Shown here: positions 1 through 8,130 of the stretch, in pieces | Position numbering within the stretch: the stretch's first letter is position 1 | Layout of the letters: every line of letters begins with the position of its first letter | Origin: an uncultured bacterium | GTDB lineage: Bacteria; Cyanobacteriota; Cyanobacteriia; Thermostichales; Thermostichaceae | NCBI GenBank assembly: GCA_964429885.1 | Contig: CAYSEO010000002.1 | Coordinates: forward strand, 17,072 to 60,385 | Length of the DNA: 43,314 nt | Reading direction: 5' to 3' | The notes under the pieces: generated by a model | What the model was told of the DNA's origin: nothing | The model's input: the letters and a program-made list of their open reading frames with translations, nothing else | Database searches by the model: none | Position numbers and translations under genes: made by a program

Positions 1-17
1 GGGATCAGGAGCGAGTT

Positions 18-326
18 ATGGCCCCACAGCGATGGACCGATGAGATGTTGGATCGTCAAGCTGAGCAGATCGCTGACGATCGGGCTCGTATGGCTGAGAG
101 GAGTCGGGAGATCGAGGCACTACTAGAGGGACAACGGATGTTGGTGCAGATCTATCAACAGGAGCACGAGGCTAGGGTGGAGGCGGATCGACGCTTTAAT
201 CGATTCATCGAGGAGCAACAGCGGATCAATCAAAGACTGGAGGCTGCAATCGAGAGACTAGACGCCACGATCGAGCGGCTAGAGCGGATCATCACCTTCC
301 GATCGGACAACGGTAACCTGGGTTAA
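18..326 (+). CDS. hypothetical coiled-coil protein (102 aa)
   Basis: ATG ORF preceded by AGGAG. The sequence is E/R/Q-rich and heptad-like (AIERLDATIERLERI). No catalytic motif recognised. Confidence 0.5.
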   Translation: MAPQRWTDEMLDRQAEQIADDRARMAERSREIEALLEGQRMLVQIYQQEHEARVEADRRFNRFIEEQQRINQRLEAAIERLDATIERLERIITFRSDNGNLG

Positions 327-422
327 GGCACTGGTCTCAGAGGATCTAAAGCACCGTGGCATTCCGTGGAGACGAACGGGAGAGAGTACCTTAGGATCGG
401 TGCCTGCCGCTAGAAGTTAAGG

Positions 423-1070
423 ATGGATTCGGTGGTGACCCAGGTAGGGGAGGATCTTGATCAACTGAACTCTGGATCTGAACAGCCGCATCCCTGTTGG
501 CTGGAGGTCTGGGTGGATCAGCCTAAACTGAGTGGTTGCTATACCTATCGTGTCCCCGCTCATTTGACGATCACCCCTGGTGACATCCTGGCGGTCCCCT
601 TCGGTAACCAGATGCTCAGTGCCATCGCCCTCCGGTTCATCCCGTCCCTACCTGCGGATCTACAGCCTACCCGGATCCGCTCTGTAGAGGAGGTGGTGGC
701 CGCCGGGATCCTGCCGCCGACATTTTGGCCTCTGTTGGAGAAGGTATCCAGCTACTATCTCACTCCCCTAGCCCAGGTCTTACGGACGGTATTGCCCACT
801 GGATTGCTGAGCCGCTCCCAGAAACGGATCCAGTTACAGACGGCTCCTGTGGTGGCGACGGGATTGTCCCACTCAGCCCAACAGATCCTGACTCTCCTGC
901 AACAGAAAAAGGGAGATCTCTCCTGGACCTATCTGAAACGCCAGATCCCCCAAGCCAGTCAGGGGGTGGTGGAGCTGATCCGGCAGGGCTGGGTGAGCAG
1001 TTACTGGCGCGAAAACTCAGGTCCACAACCCAAGCAACAGCAGGCGGTGACTCTTTGTCATGAGATCTGA
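423..1070 (+). CDS. priA: primosomal protein N-prime (PriA), N-terminal 3-prime-DNA-binding / winged-helix fragment; ends at an in-frame TGA
   Basis: PriA-like N-terminus (YTYRVP...GDILAVPFGNQMLSAIAL...YYLTPLAQVLRTVLP). It is in the same reading frame as ORF 1098..2891, separated only by TGA at 1068..1070. Confidence 0.75.
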   Translation: MDSVVTQVGEDLDQLNSGSEQPHPCWLEVWVDQPKLSGCYTYRVPAHLTITPGDILAVPFGNQMLSAIALRFIPSLPADLQPTRIRSVEEVVAAGILPPTFWPLLEKVSSYYLTPLAQVLRTVLPTGLLSRSQKRIQLQTAPVVATGLSHSAQQILTLLQQKKGDLSWTYLKRQIPQASQGVVELIRQGWVSSYWRENSGPQPKQQQAVTLCHEI

Positions 1071-1097
1071 GAGGATCTGAGCCCCCAGCAACGGGAG

Positions 1098-2891
1098 GTG
1101 CTCCTCTGTTTGAAACGGGCCGGGGGAGATCTATTACTGACGGAGCTGCTGGAGCGAATCAGTACCACCCGAGGCACAGTACAAGCCTTAGCCCGTAAGG
1201 GACGGGTCCAGATCAGTCAACGGCAGATCCTGCGTACCCTACAGGGGCCTGCGGTACCCTCCGATCAGCCCAAGGATCTAACCCCCGCTCAACAACAGGC
1301 GGTGACAGCGGTGGTGGAGACCTTGGATCGGGCTCAGACCTTTCTGCTCCATGGGGTAACGGGATCCGGCAAGACGGAGGTATACCTGCAGGTGATCGCG
1401 CAGGTATTGGCTCGGGGGCGATCTGCCCTGGTGTTGGTGCCCGAGATCGGTTTGACACCCCAGCTAACCGATCGGTTTCGAGCTCGGTTTGGATCCAAGG
1501 TATTGGTTTATCACAGTGGGTTATCAACAGGAGAGCGCTATGACACCTGGCGATCGATGCTTTCCTCCCAGCCTCAGGTGGTGGTGGGCACCCGTTCCGC
1601 CATCTTTGCTCCTTTGCCTCAACTGGGTCTGATCATCCTGGATGAGGAACATGATGATAGCTACAAACAGGATCAACCCCAACCCTGCTACCATGCCCGC
1701 ACCGTGGCCTATTGGCGCTCGATCCTCAGCCCCTGTCCCTTGATCCTGGGCAGCGCTACCCCTGCGGTGGAAACCTATGCTGCCAGTCTGAAAAACCGGA
1801 TCCAGCTCCTGATTCTCCCGGATCGGATCCCCAAAGCTGAGGGTGCTCCTCCCTCCATGCCCCCGATCAGCTTGGTGGATCTACGACTGGAGTTGGAGAA
1901 GGGCAATCGTTCCCCCTTCAGTCAATATTTACAGGAGGCCCTAGATCAGATCGCGGAACGACAGGAACAGGCGATCTTGTTTGTCCCCCGGCGGGGCTAC
2001 AGTACCTTCGTGCTCTGTCGCAGTTGCGGTGAACCTCTCAGCTGTGATCACTGTGATGTCTCCCTCACCTTCCACCAGACGGGCCAACATCTGCGCTGTC
2101 ATTACTGTGGTGATCGGCAGGTCTATCCCGATCACTGCCCCAGCTGTGGATCCCCCTATCTGAAACATTTCGGCAGTGGCACCCAACGCATCGAAGATCT
2201 GATGGCTCAACGCTGGCCCCAATTGCGGCTGCTCCGCTTCGATAGTGATACCACCAGTCGCAAAGGATCCCATCGAGAGATCCTGGATCGGTTCAATCAG
2301 GGGGAGGCGGATGTGTTAGTGGGCACCCAGATGTTGACCAAGGGCCTGGATGTACCTCAAGTCACCTTAGTGGGGGTCTTGGCTGCTGATGGGATCTTGA
2401 ATCAGGCGGACTTTCGGGCCGCTGAACGATCCTTTCAACTGCTGACCCAGGTAGCCGGACGAGCCGGACGGGGAGAACGAGCCGGACAGGTGATCATTCA
2501 AACCTATCTACCCGAACATCCCACCCTGCAATCGATCCGTAATTATGACTATGGGCAATTCATCACCCAGGAGCTCAGCCAACGTCAGGACAGTGGTTAT
2601 CCCCCCTACCGTAATCTGATCTTGATCCGACTCAGCAGTCCCGATCTCACTCGCCTACAACAGGGATGCCAACAAGTGCGGGAGCAACTAGAGGGTGTTC
2701 CGGCAGAGATCTTGGGGCCTTGCCCGGCTCAGGTGGAACGGGTGAGTGGACGCTATCGCTGGCAGATCCTCTTGAAGGAGTTGGACTCTGATCCTTGGCA
2801 ACGAGGCCGCTTAGCTCCCCAGTTGATGAGTTTGCGGGCACCGGCGGAAGTACGGATCAGCCTGGATGTGGATCCGTTGCGGATCCTGTGA
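1098..2891 (+). CDS. priA: primosomal protein N-prime (PriA), helicase core, Cys-rich zinc region and C-terminal domain
   Basis: Walker A GVTGSGKTEVY and DEEH box ILDEEHD. Cys cluster CRSCGEPLSCDHCDVSLTFHQTGQHLRCHYCGDRQVYPDHCPSCGS. Helicase motif GTQMLTKGLD. The frame continues upstream through EDLSPQQREV to the TGA at 1068. Reading 423..2891 as one frame gives 823 codons including the internal TGA and the terminal stop. Confidence 0.9.
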   Translation: MLLCLKRAGGDLLLTELLERISTTRGTVQALARKGRVQISQRQILRTLQGPAVPSDQPKDLTPAQQQAVTAVVETLDRAQTFLLHGVTGSGKTEVYLQVIAQVLARGRSALVLVPEIGLTPQLTDRFRARFGSKVLVYHSGLSTGERYDTWRSMLSSQPQVVVGTRSAIFAPLPQLGLIILDEEHDDSYKQDQPQPCYHARTVAYWRSILSPCPLILGSATPAVETYAASLKNRIQLLILPDRIPKAEGAPPSMPPISLVDLRLELEKGNRSPFSQYLQEALDQIAERQEQAILFVPRRGYSTFVLCRSCGEPLSCDHCDVSLTFHQTGQHLRCHYCGDRQVYPDHCPSCGSPYLKHFGSGTQRIEDLMAQRWPQLRLLRFDSDTTSRKGSHREILDRFNQGEADVLVGTQMLTKGLDVPQVTLVGVLAADGILNQADFRAAERSFQLLTQVAGRAGRGERAGQVIIQTYLPEHPTLQSIRNYDYGQFITQELSQRQDSGYPPYRNLILIRLSSPDLTRLQQGCQQVREQLEGVPAEILGPCPAQVERVSGRYRWQILLKELDSDPWQRGRLAPQLMSLRAPAEVRISLDVDPLRIL

Positions 2892-2958
2892 ACAGGCAAT
2901 CCATTATGGCCCGATCTGCGTACTCTCCTTAGAGCCCTATGTTCTACTAGGAGAGCTG

Positions 2959-3249
2959 ATGCCGCGTTTAATGGTAACCCAAAGAATCTTACGCCAGATC
3001 CATCGGGGATTGGCACCGATCCTGTTGCTGCCTGTGTTGATCACCCTCTGCAGTGGAGCGCTCTATCAGGTGGCTCTGTTAGGGCAACAGGCTGGGGATT
3101 ATTACTGGATCCTGCAGGTCCATCGAGGTCATTTCGGGATCATCAACTTAGAGACGGTTTTTCCCTTCCTCAATAGTTTTGGTTTGTTAGTGATGACTGG
3201 CAGCGGTATCTCCATGTGGATCCAGATGCAAAGAAAGCGAGGTGAATGA
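2959..3249 (+). CDS. small integral membrane protein (about 96 aa, two hydrophobic helices; possibly PepSY-associated TM-helix-like)
   Basis: ATG at 2959 preceded by AGGAGAG. Hydrophobic stretches LAPILLLPVLITLCSGALY and FPFLNSFGLLVMTGSGISMW. The ORF track extends to 2866, but that extension overlaps the priA 3-prime end. Confidence 0.55.
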   Translation: MPRLMVTQRILRQIHRGLAPILLLPVLITLCSGALYQVALLGQQAGDYYWILQVHRGHFGIINLETVFPFLNSFGLLVMTGSGISMWIQMQRKRGE

Positions 3250-4085
3250 TGTTTCTACTCCAGCATACGCAGCTTCTGAACCGGCCTGGTTGTCTGATCG
3301 GGGAGGATCTCCTCTACCTCTACAATCGCTATTTTCAACATCAGCAAACCTATGGCAGAGAGGTTAGAGATTGGGTGATCTCACGGTCTCGCCAGCAGCT
3401 GGATCAAGACAAGGTGCATCTGGTAGTCGAAGGGGAAGCTGATCTGACGGTTTGGAGTCTGTTACCGGCCCACTACGTTCCGCCAGCCTCATCCCAAAAC
3501 CGATCCACAAAGTCCCACCCACCCCGTTCCTCCCTGGTACTCAAGCTATTGCAGGACTATCATCAGGGACAGAGAAATTTTCACAACATGGCCCTGGAGG
3601 GGAGCGATCTCAGCCAGGTCGATCTACCTCGGATCGATCTGAGCTATGGTTTGTTGAATGAGAGTTGTCTACGACGGGCCAACCTGACTCAAGGGAGCCT
3701 GGCCTGGGCCTATCTGAGGCAAGCGGATTTGCAGGAGGCCAATCTGAGGGAGACTCACCTGGAGGGGGCCTATCTGAACTGGGCTGATCTCTCCCAAGCG
3801 GATCTGAGTCGCAGTTGCTTGGTGCAGGCGGAGCTGACGGAGGCTTGTCTCAGGCAATCCCTGTTGTCTCAGGCTAATTTGCAGGGGGCGGTGTTACTGA
3901 ACGCCGATCTGCGGGGGGCCAATCTCCGCTATGCCGATCTCTCCCAAGCCAATCTGGCAGGGGCCGATCTTTCCCAAGCCGACTTGACGGGAGCCCAGGT
4001 ATCTCTGTCCAGCCTGCGTCGATCGCAGCTACACGAAACGATCTTGCCAACGGGTAAACCTGTCAGTGGACCTCTGTCCCTGTGA
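3246..4085 (+). CDS. pentapeptide-repeat protein with an N-terminal domain of unknown function
   Basis: C-terminal half is a long run of A(D/N)LxX pentapeptides (ANLRYADLSQANLAGADLSQADLTGAQV). An ATGA start/stop overlap with the upstream ORF suggests translational coupling. Confidence 0.85.
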   Translation: MMFLLQHTQLLNRPGCLIGEDLLYLYNRYFQHQQTYGREVRDWVISRSRQQLDQDKVHLVVEGEADLTVWSLLPAHYVPPASSQNRSTKSHPPRSSLVLKLLQDYHQGQRNFHNMALEGSDLSQVDLPRIDLSYGLLNESCLRRANLTQGSLAWAYLRQADLQEANLRETHLEGAYLNWADLSQADLSRSCLVQAELTEACLRQSLLSQANLQGAVLLNADLRGANLRYADLSQANLAGADLSQADLTGAQVSLSSLRRSQLHETILPTGKPVSGPLSL

Positions 4086-4284
4086 AGAATCGACGGAGGT
4101 ACGGATCCCCAGCGGATCCCGTCGGACAGGCGGGATCTGGGAGACTATGTCAACGCTTGTCTACGGAAAAACTGATCTGTGCTTGCTTCCAGTGGTTATC
4201 GAGTTACGTAGTATCGCGGTTCTCCCTGTACGAGAAGTGATGGAATATGGGTAGGTTCCCGAGAAGAGTAAGGTATCCATACAG

Positions 4285-5172
4285 ATGGCAATGATCGGTG
4301 ATCTTGAGGACTTTGGATTGGCAGAGCTGTTACAAGTGATAGGGCGAGGCAGCAAGAGTGGTCAGCTCTCCGTTTGGACCCCTTCAGGTGTGTCTCACAT
4401 CTGGTTTTATCAAGGACGAGTGGTTGCAGCCTCGCCTCCAGGTGGACAACCGGATTTACAACAGCGACTGCAGCAAAACCCAGAGATCCAGGTTCAGTGT
4501 GGTGGATCTGCTGAACGGGTAGTGACCAAGCTAGCTAACCTCTGCGGTCCGAGCACCCACCCCTTGGGTGCCTGTGTGAGGAAGCAGGGGTTGATCTCAG
4601 GGGGGGGGTTGACCCTGGTGTTTCGTCAGCAACTTCAGGATGGGGTTTACCCCCTATTTGAGTTGGAGTCTGGGCAGTTTAACTTTAATGCCAAGGCTCC
4701 TATCCCTTATGGAGAGATGACGGGGTTGAGCAAGGAATGTTTGGATATTGCCATCGAGGGACTGCGCCGGGTCAAGAGCAGAGATCAACAGATCCGCAAC
4801 CTGCCGTCGGCTGAGGCCTGTTTCTGTCGCACTTCTGATGATCTTCCCCTCGCTAGACTTTCCCCTGTAGAGTGGAACGTGTGGGAAAGGGTTTCCCCCC
4901 ACCGACTGCTACAGGAGATTGCCCAGGAAATGGAGATCGATCTGCCCACCATTCAGTACACCTGTGGACGCTTGTTACAAGTGGGTTTGATTCAAGAGAC
5001 GGTCCATTCCTCGTCAGTTGCTCAGCCCTCAAAGGTCCCTGGTAGCTGGGAGGCTCTGGATGTGATCTCCTCTGACCCTGCAGAACCCGAGAGAGAGAAG
5101 GAACCCATCAACAGTTCCTTGCTCAATCGGCTGGCCTCAGCCCTACGTGGGATCCAGAAGAATAGGCGTTAA
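4285..5172 (+). CDS. DUF4388 / PATAN-domain protein
   Basis: N-terminus MIGDLEDFGLAELLQVIGRGSKSGQLSV matches the characteristic DUF4388/PATAN opening (G-L-x-F-x-L-x-E-L-L-Q). Contains a G9 tract at 4600..4608. Confidence 0.7.
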   Translation: MAMIGDLEDFGLAELLQVIGRGSKSGQLSVWTPSGVSHIWFYQGRVVAASPPGGQPDLQQRLQQNPEIQVQCGGSAERVVTKLANLCGPSTHPLGACVRKQGLISGGGLTLVFRQQLQDGVYPLFELESGQFNFNAKAPIPYGEMTGLSKECLDIAIEGLRRVKSRDQQIRNLPSAEACFCRTSDDLPLARLSPVEWNVWERVSPHRLLQEIAQEMEIDLPTIQYTCGRLLQVGLIQETVHSSSVAQPSKVPGSWEALDVISSDPAEPEREKEPINSSLLNRLASALRGIQKNRR

Positions 5173-5317
5173 GCCTAGCTTTGTTCCCGATCTCCTCGTT
5201 GCACCCAGTTGGAGGTCATGGAATCTGTATGAGTTGGAGCTACTAAATATTGAGATACAGTGCATCGTTATGGGCACGATATCTTGTTCGAAGTGCTGAC
5301 ATCACAGGAGGATAATT

Positions 5318-5686
5318 ATGCCAGACATGGCATCTTTGGAAGAACTACTCAGGAACTTTGTTTCTTCTACCCAGGATGTTGAGGGTGCTGCCATTGTGAC
5401 CCCGGATGGTCTTCCCTTGGCTTCCGTTTTACCTGCCGGGATGGACGAGGAGCGCACCTCAGCCATGTCCGCAGCCATGCTGTCCTTGGGAGAAAGGATT
5501 GGTAGAGAATTGGTGCGAGGCGGGATCGAACGGATCTTCGTACAGGGAGACAAGGGTTATGGAGTCCTGACCAGTTGTGGACAGGATACGGTGCTGTTGA
5601 CTCTTGCCAATGCCCAGGTCAAGCAGGGCCTCCTTTTCCTGGAGATCAAGCGGGTGAGTGAAAGCATATCTGTGGCGATGCGATAG
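5318..5686 (+). CDS. Roadblock/LC7 (MglB-like) domain protein
   Basis: Strong SD (ACAGGAGGATAATT-ATG). Sequence VEGAAIVTPDGLPLASVLPAGMDEERTSAMSAAMLSLGERIGRELVRGGIERIFVQGDKGYGVL is typical of Robl/LC7/MglB. Confidence 0.85.
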   Translation: MPDMASLEELLRNFVSSTQDVEGAAIVTPDGLPLASVLPAGMDEERTSAMSAAMLSLGERIGRELVRGGIERIFVQGDKGYGVLTSCGQDTVLLTLANAQVKQGLLFLEIKRVSESISVAMR

Positions 5687-5776
5687 CACTCCTCAGCAAT
5701 TCTGAATCGCCCATGATCGACAGAGCTGACTATTCTAGTCTTCCCAAGAAATTTCACATCATGACGGAGTTTGACA

Positions 5777-6328
5777 ATGGCTATTGATCCTAAAAAACTA
5801 TTGGCTACATTGGCCTTCCGGACAGAATTAACCGATACCGATCGGGATCTGCTCAAGCGAAACGCGACTTGGGGAGAGACCATAGCACCCGAGATGGCTG
5901 ATTGTTTCTACAACTATCTCGATCGGGATACGGAGATGTTGGAGATCCTGAAAAAGCACAACCGAGATCGCTTGCGCCAGACTTTCATTGATTGGTTCAA
6001 GGAGATGTTTACAGGCATGGACAACTGGGGATCCGAGTACGCCCAACGGCGCTGGAAGATCGGTCTGGTGCATGTGCGAGTAGGAATTGGGCCTCAACAT
6101 GTTGTCCCCGCCATGTCTGCCGTGGTCCTGGAGGTTGGCAAACGGTTAAAAGAGGAAGGCAAGCCTGATGATCTGCGGAATACGCTGAGCAAGATCTGTA
6201 TGATCGATCTCTCTTTTATCGAGCAGGCTTATATCGATGTGGCTTGCAATGCAGTTCAACAGGAGACGGGCATGAGCGAAGCCCTGTTCAAGCGTCTGAT
6301 CGCCACTGGGGCCAAGGGGATAGACTAG
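5777..6328 (+). CDS. stand-alone sensor globin (protoglobin / globin-coupled-sensor type globin domain, no output domain)
   Basis: LTDTDRDLLKRN...IAPEMADCFYNYL...RLRQTFIDWFKEMFTG...YAQRRWKIGLVHVRVGIGPQHVVPAM follows the pattern of globin-coupled sensor domains. The putative proximal His lies in HVRVG. ATG at 5777; the ORF track starts at TTG 5771. Confidence 0.7.
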   Translation: MAIDPKKLLATLAFRTELTDTDRDLLKRNATWGETIAPEMADCFYNYLDRDTEMLEILKKHNRDRLRQTFIDWFKEMFTGMDNWGSEYAQRRWKIGLVHVRVGIGPQHVVPAMSAVVLEVGKRLKEEGKPDDLRNTLSKICMIDLSFIEQAYIDVACNAVQQETGMSEALFKRLIATGAKGID

Positions 6329-6383
6329 ATCCAGAGTTAGAAACGCCGATTCCGTTATCAGCAGTTGTTATCTCCCATGTTCC

Positions 6384-6929
6384 ATGCAACGCATTTTCAG
6401 AGTCGTGATCGCTGGCCCAGTGGGGTCTGGGAAATCCACCTTAATCCGCAGCATCAGTGAGATCGATGTGGTGGACACCGATCGAGCTGCCACCGATGAG
6501 ACGGCAACCCTCAAACCCAAAACTACCGTGGCGATGGATTTCGGTCGTTTGTCTCTCGGAGAGAACATGTGGCTACATCTCTATGGGACTCCAGGGCAGG
6601 CCCGTTTCAACTTCATGTGGGATCTGCTGATCAGGCGAGCCCACGGTTATGTATTGTTGGTCCCTGCTCATTGTCCCAAAGTGTTTCGAGAGGCTCGGGC
6701 GATCAAGCTGTTTATGCAGCAACGGGTAGAGTTACCCCTGGTGGTAGGGGTCACCCATACCGATCACCCCAAGGCTTGGGATCCGGATGATATCCGTTTG
6801 ACTCTAGCTGATGAGGAGCAGATCTCCTATCCCACTACTGTGGTGGATCCCCGTGATCCGGCTTCAGTGGCCTCATCTTTGCTGCTGATGGTGGAGCAGT
6901 TGGCAGGTGAGGCAGCGGCCATGGGTTAG
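6384..6929 (+). CDS. small Ras-like GTPase (MglA / conservon CvnD-like ATP/GTP-binding protein)
   Basis: P-loop GPVGSGKST, switch II LYGTPGQ, and a THTD motif at the G4 position. Size is 181 aa. Confidence 0.85.
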   Translation: MQRIFRVVIAGPVGSGKSTLIRSISEIDVVDTDRAATDETATLKPKTTVAMDFGRLSLGENMWLHLYGTPGQARFNFMWDLLIRRAHGYVLLVPAHCPKVFREARAIKLFMQQRVELPLVVGVTHTDHPKAWDPDDIRLTLADEEQISYPTTVVDPRDPASVASSLLLMVEQLAGEAAAMG

Positions 6930-6999
6930 GAGAGAGATCCGTTCAGATCACTGCTATGGCTTCATTCTTCGCCATCCGGTAAGCTAAGAGCCGTTAGGC

Positions 7000-8064
7000 A
7001 TGAGGAGGATCCGGACTGTGCAGCTGCAGGAAGTGGCGAAGCGATTGGGCTGTCTGTTTGAGGGGGATCCGACCCTTCAGATCCAGGGGGCAGCGTCACT
7101 GGGAGAGGCGCAGCCGGGGGATCTGAGTTTCATCAGTGATGTCAAATATCTGCCCCTGCTAGAACAAACCCAGGCCAGTGCTGTGTTGGCCCCTGATCGG
7201 ATCATGCCTCCCGCTCACTTGGGATGTTTACGGACCTCTTACCCTCGGCTGACCTTTGCTCAGGCCATCGAGATCTTCTATCAGCCCTTTCGGCAAGCGG
7301 TAGGGATCCATCCCAGTGCGGTGATCGCGGCGGATGTCCAGTTAGGAGAGGCTGTGGCCATTGGTCCCCAAGTGGTGATCGAGTCCGGGGTCAGCATCGG
7401 GGCCGGGGCTCAGATCCATGCCGGGGTGGTGATCTATCCAGGGGTGCAGATCGGCCAGAATTGCCAACTGTTTGCGAACTGTGTGATCCATGAGCGATCC
7501 GTGATTGGTGATAACTGTTTGATCCATAGTGGGGCGGTGATCGGGGATGACGGCTTCGGTCATGTGCCTCAGGCGGATGGCAGTTGGTATCGAATGTCGC
7601 AGTCGGGGATCGTGGTTTTAGAGAACGGGGTAGATGTGGGCTCCAATGTCACCATCGATCGGCCTGCGGTGGGGGAGACGCGCATCGGTGAAGGGACCAA
7701 GATCGACAATCTGGTGCAGATCGGCCATGGAGTCCGGACGGGTCGTCATTGTGTCCTGGTGGCCCAGGTGGGATTAGCTGGAGGGGTAGAACTGGGACAA
7801 CGGGTGATCCTGGGGGGACAGGTGGGGGCAGCGGGCGATATTCAGATCGGCGACGGGGTAACGGCGGTGGGACAGACAGGGATCACAGGCTCCATTCCAC
7901 CGGGACAGATGATCGCGGGTTATCCCCATCAACTCCATGCGGATTGGCGGCGGACAGCAGCGGCGGAGCGCAGGTTGCCGGAGTTGTTGAAAACGGTGCG
8001 ACGCTTGGAGCGACGGCTGCGGGATCTCGAAAATCAGTTGGGATCTGAGGCGGGTCATGATTAA
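7000..8064 (+). CDS. lpxD: UDP-3-O-acylglucosamine N-acyltransferase
   Basis: LpxD N-terminal domain (LQEVAKRLG...GDLSFISDVKYLPLLEQTQASAVL), then left-handed beta-helix hexapeptide repeats (GAQIHAGVVIYPGVQIGQNCQLFANCVIHERSVIGDNCLIHSGAVIGDDGFG) and a C-terminal helix. Confidence 0.9.
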   Translation: MRRIRTVQLQEVAKRLGCLFEGDPTLQIQGAASLGEAQPGDLSFISDVKYLPLLEQTQASAVLAPDRIMPPAHLGCLRTSYPRLTFAQAIEIFYQPFRQAVGIHPSAVIAADVQLGEAVAIGPQVVIESGVSIGAGAQIHAGVVIYPGVQIGQNCQLFANCVIHERSVIGDNCLIHSGAVIGDDGFGHVPQADGSWYRMSQSGIVVLENGVDVGSNVTIDRPAVGETRIGEGTKIDNLVQIGHGVRTGRHCVLVAQVGLAGGVELGQRVILGGQVGAAGDIQIGDGVTAVGQTGITGSIPPGQMIAGYPHQLHADWRRTAAAERRLPELLKTVRRLERRLRDLENQLGSEAGHD

Positions 8065-8130
8065 TTGATACGGAATGGGTGGACCTGTTGTCCTACCGTG
8101 AGGGATGCAGCGTTGCACAGGATCTACGGC

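Noticed and set aside
1068-1070. The in-frame TGA of priA read as a selenocysteine codon
   Set aside because: PriA is not a known selenoprotein. The position is in a poorly conserved linker, and I see no convincing SECIS-like hairpin immediately downstream.
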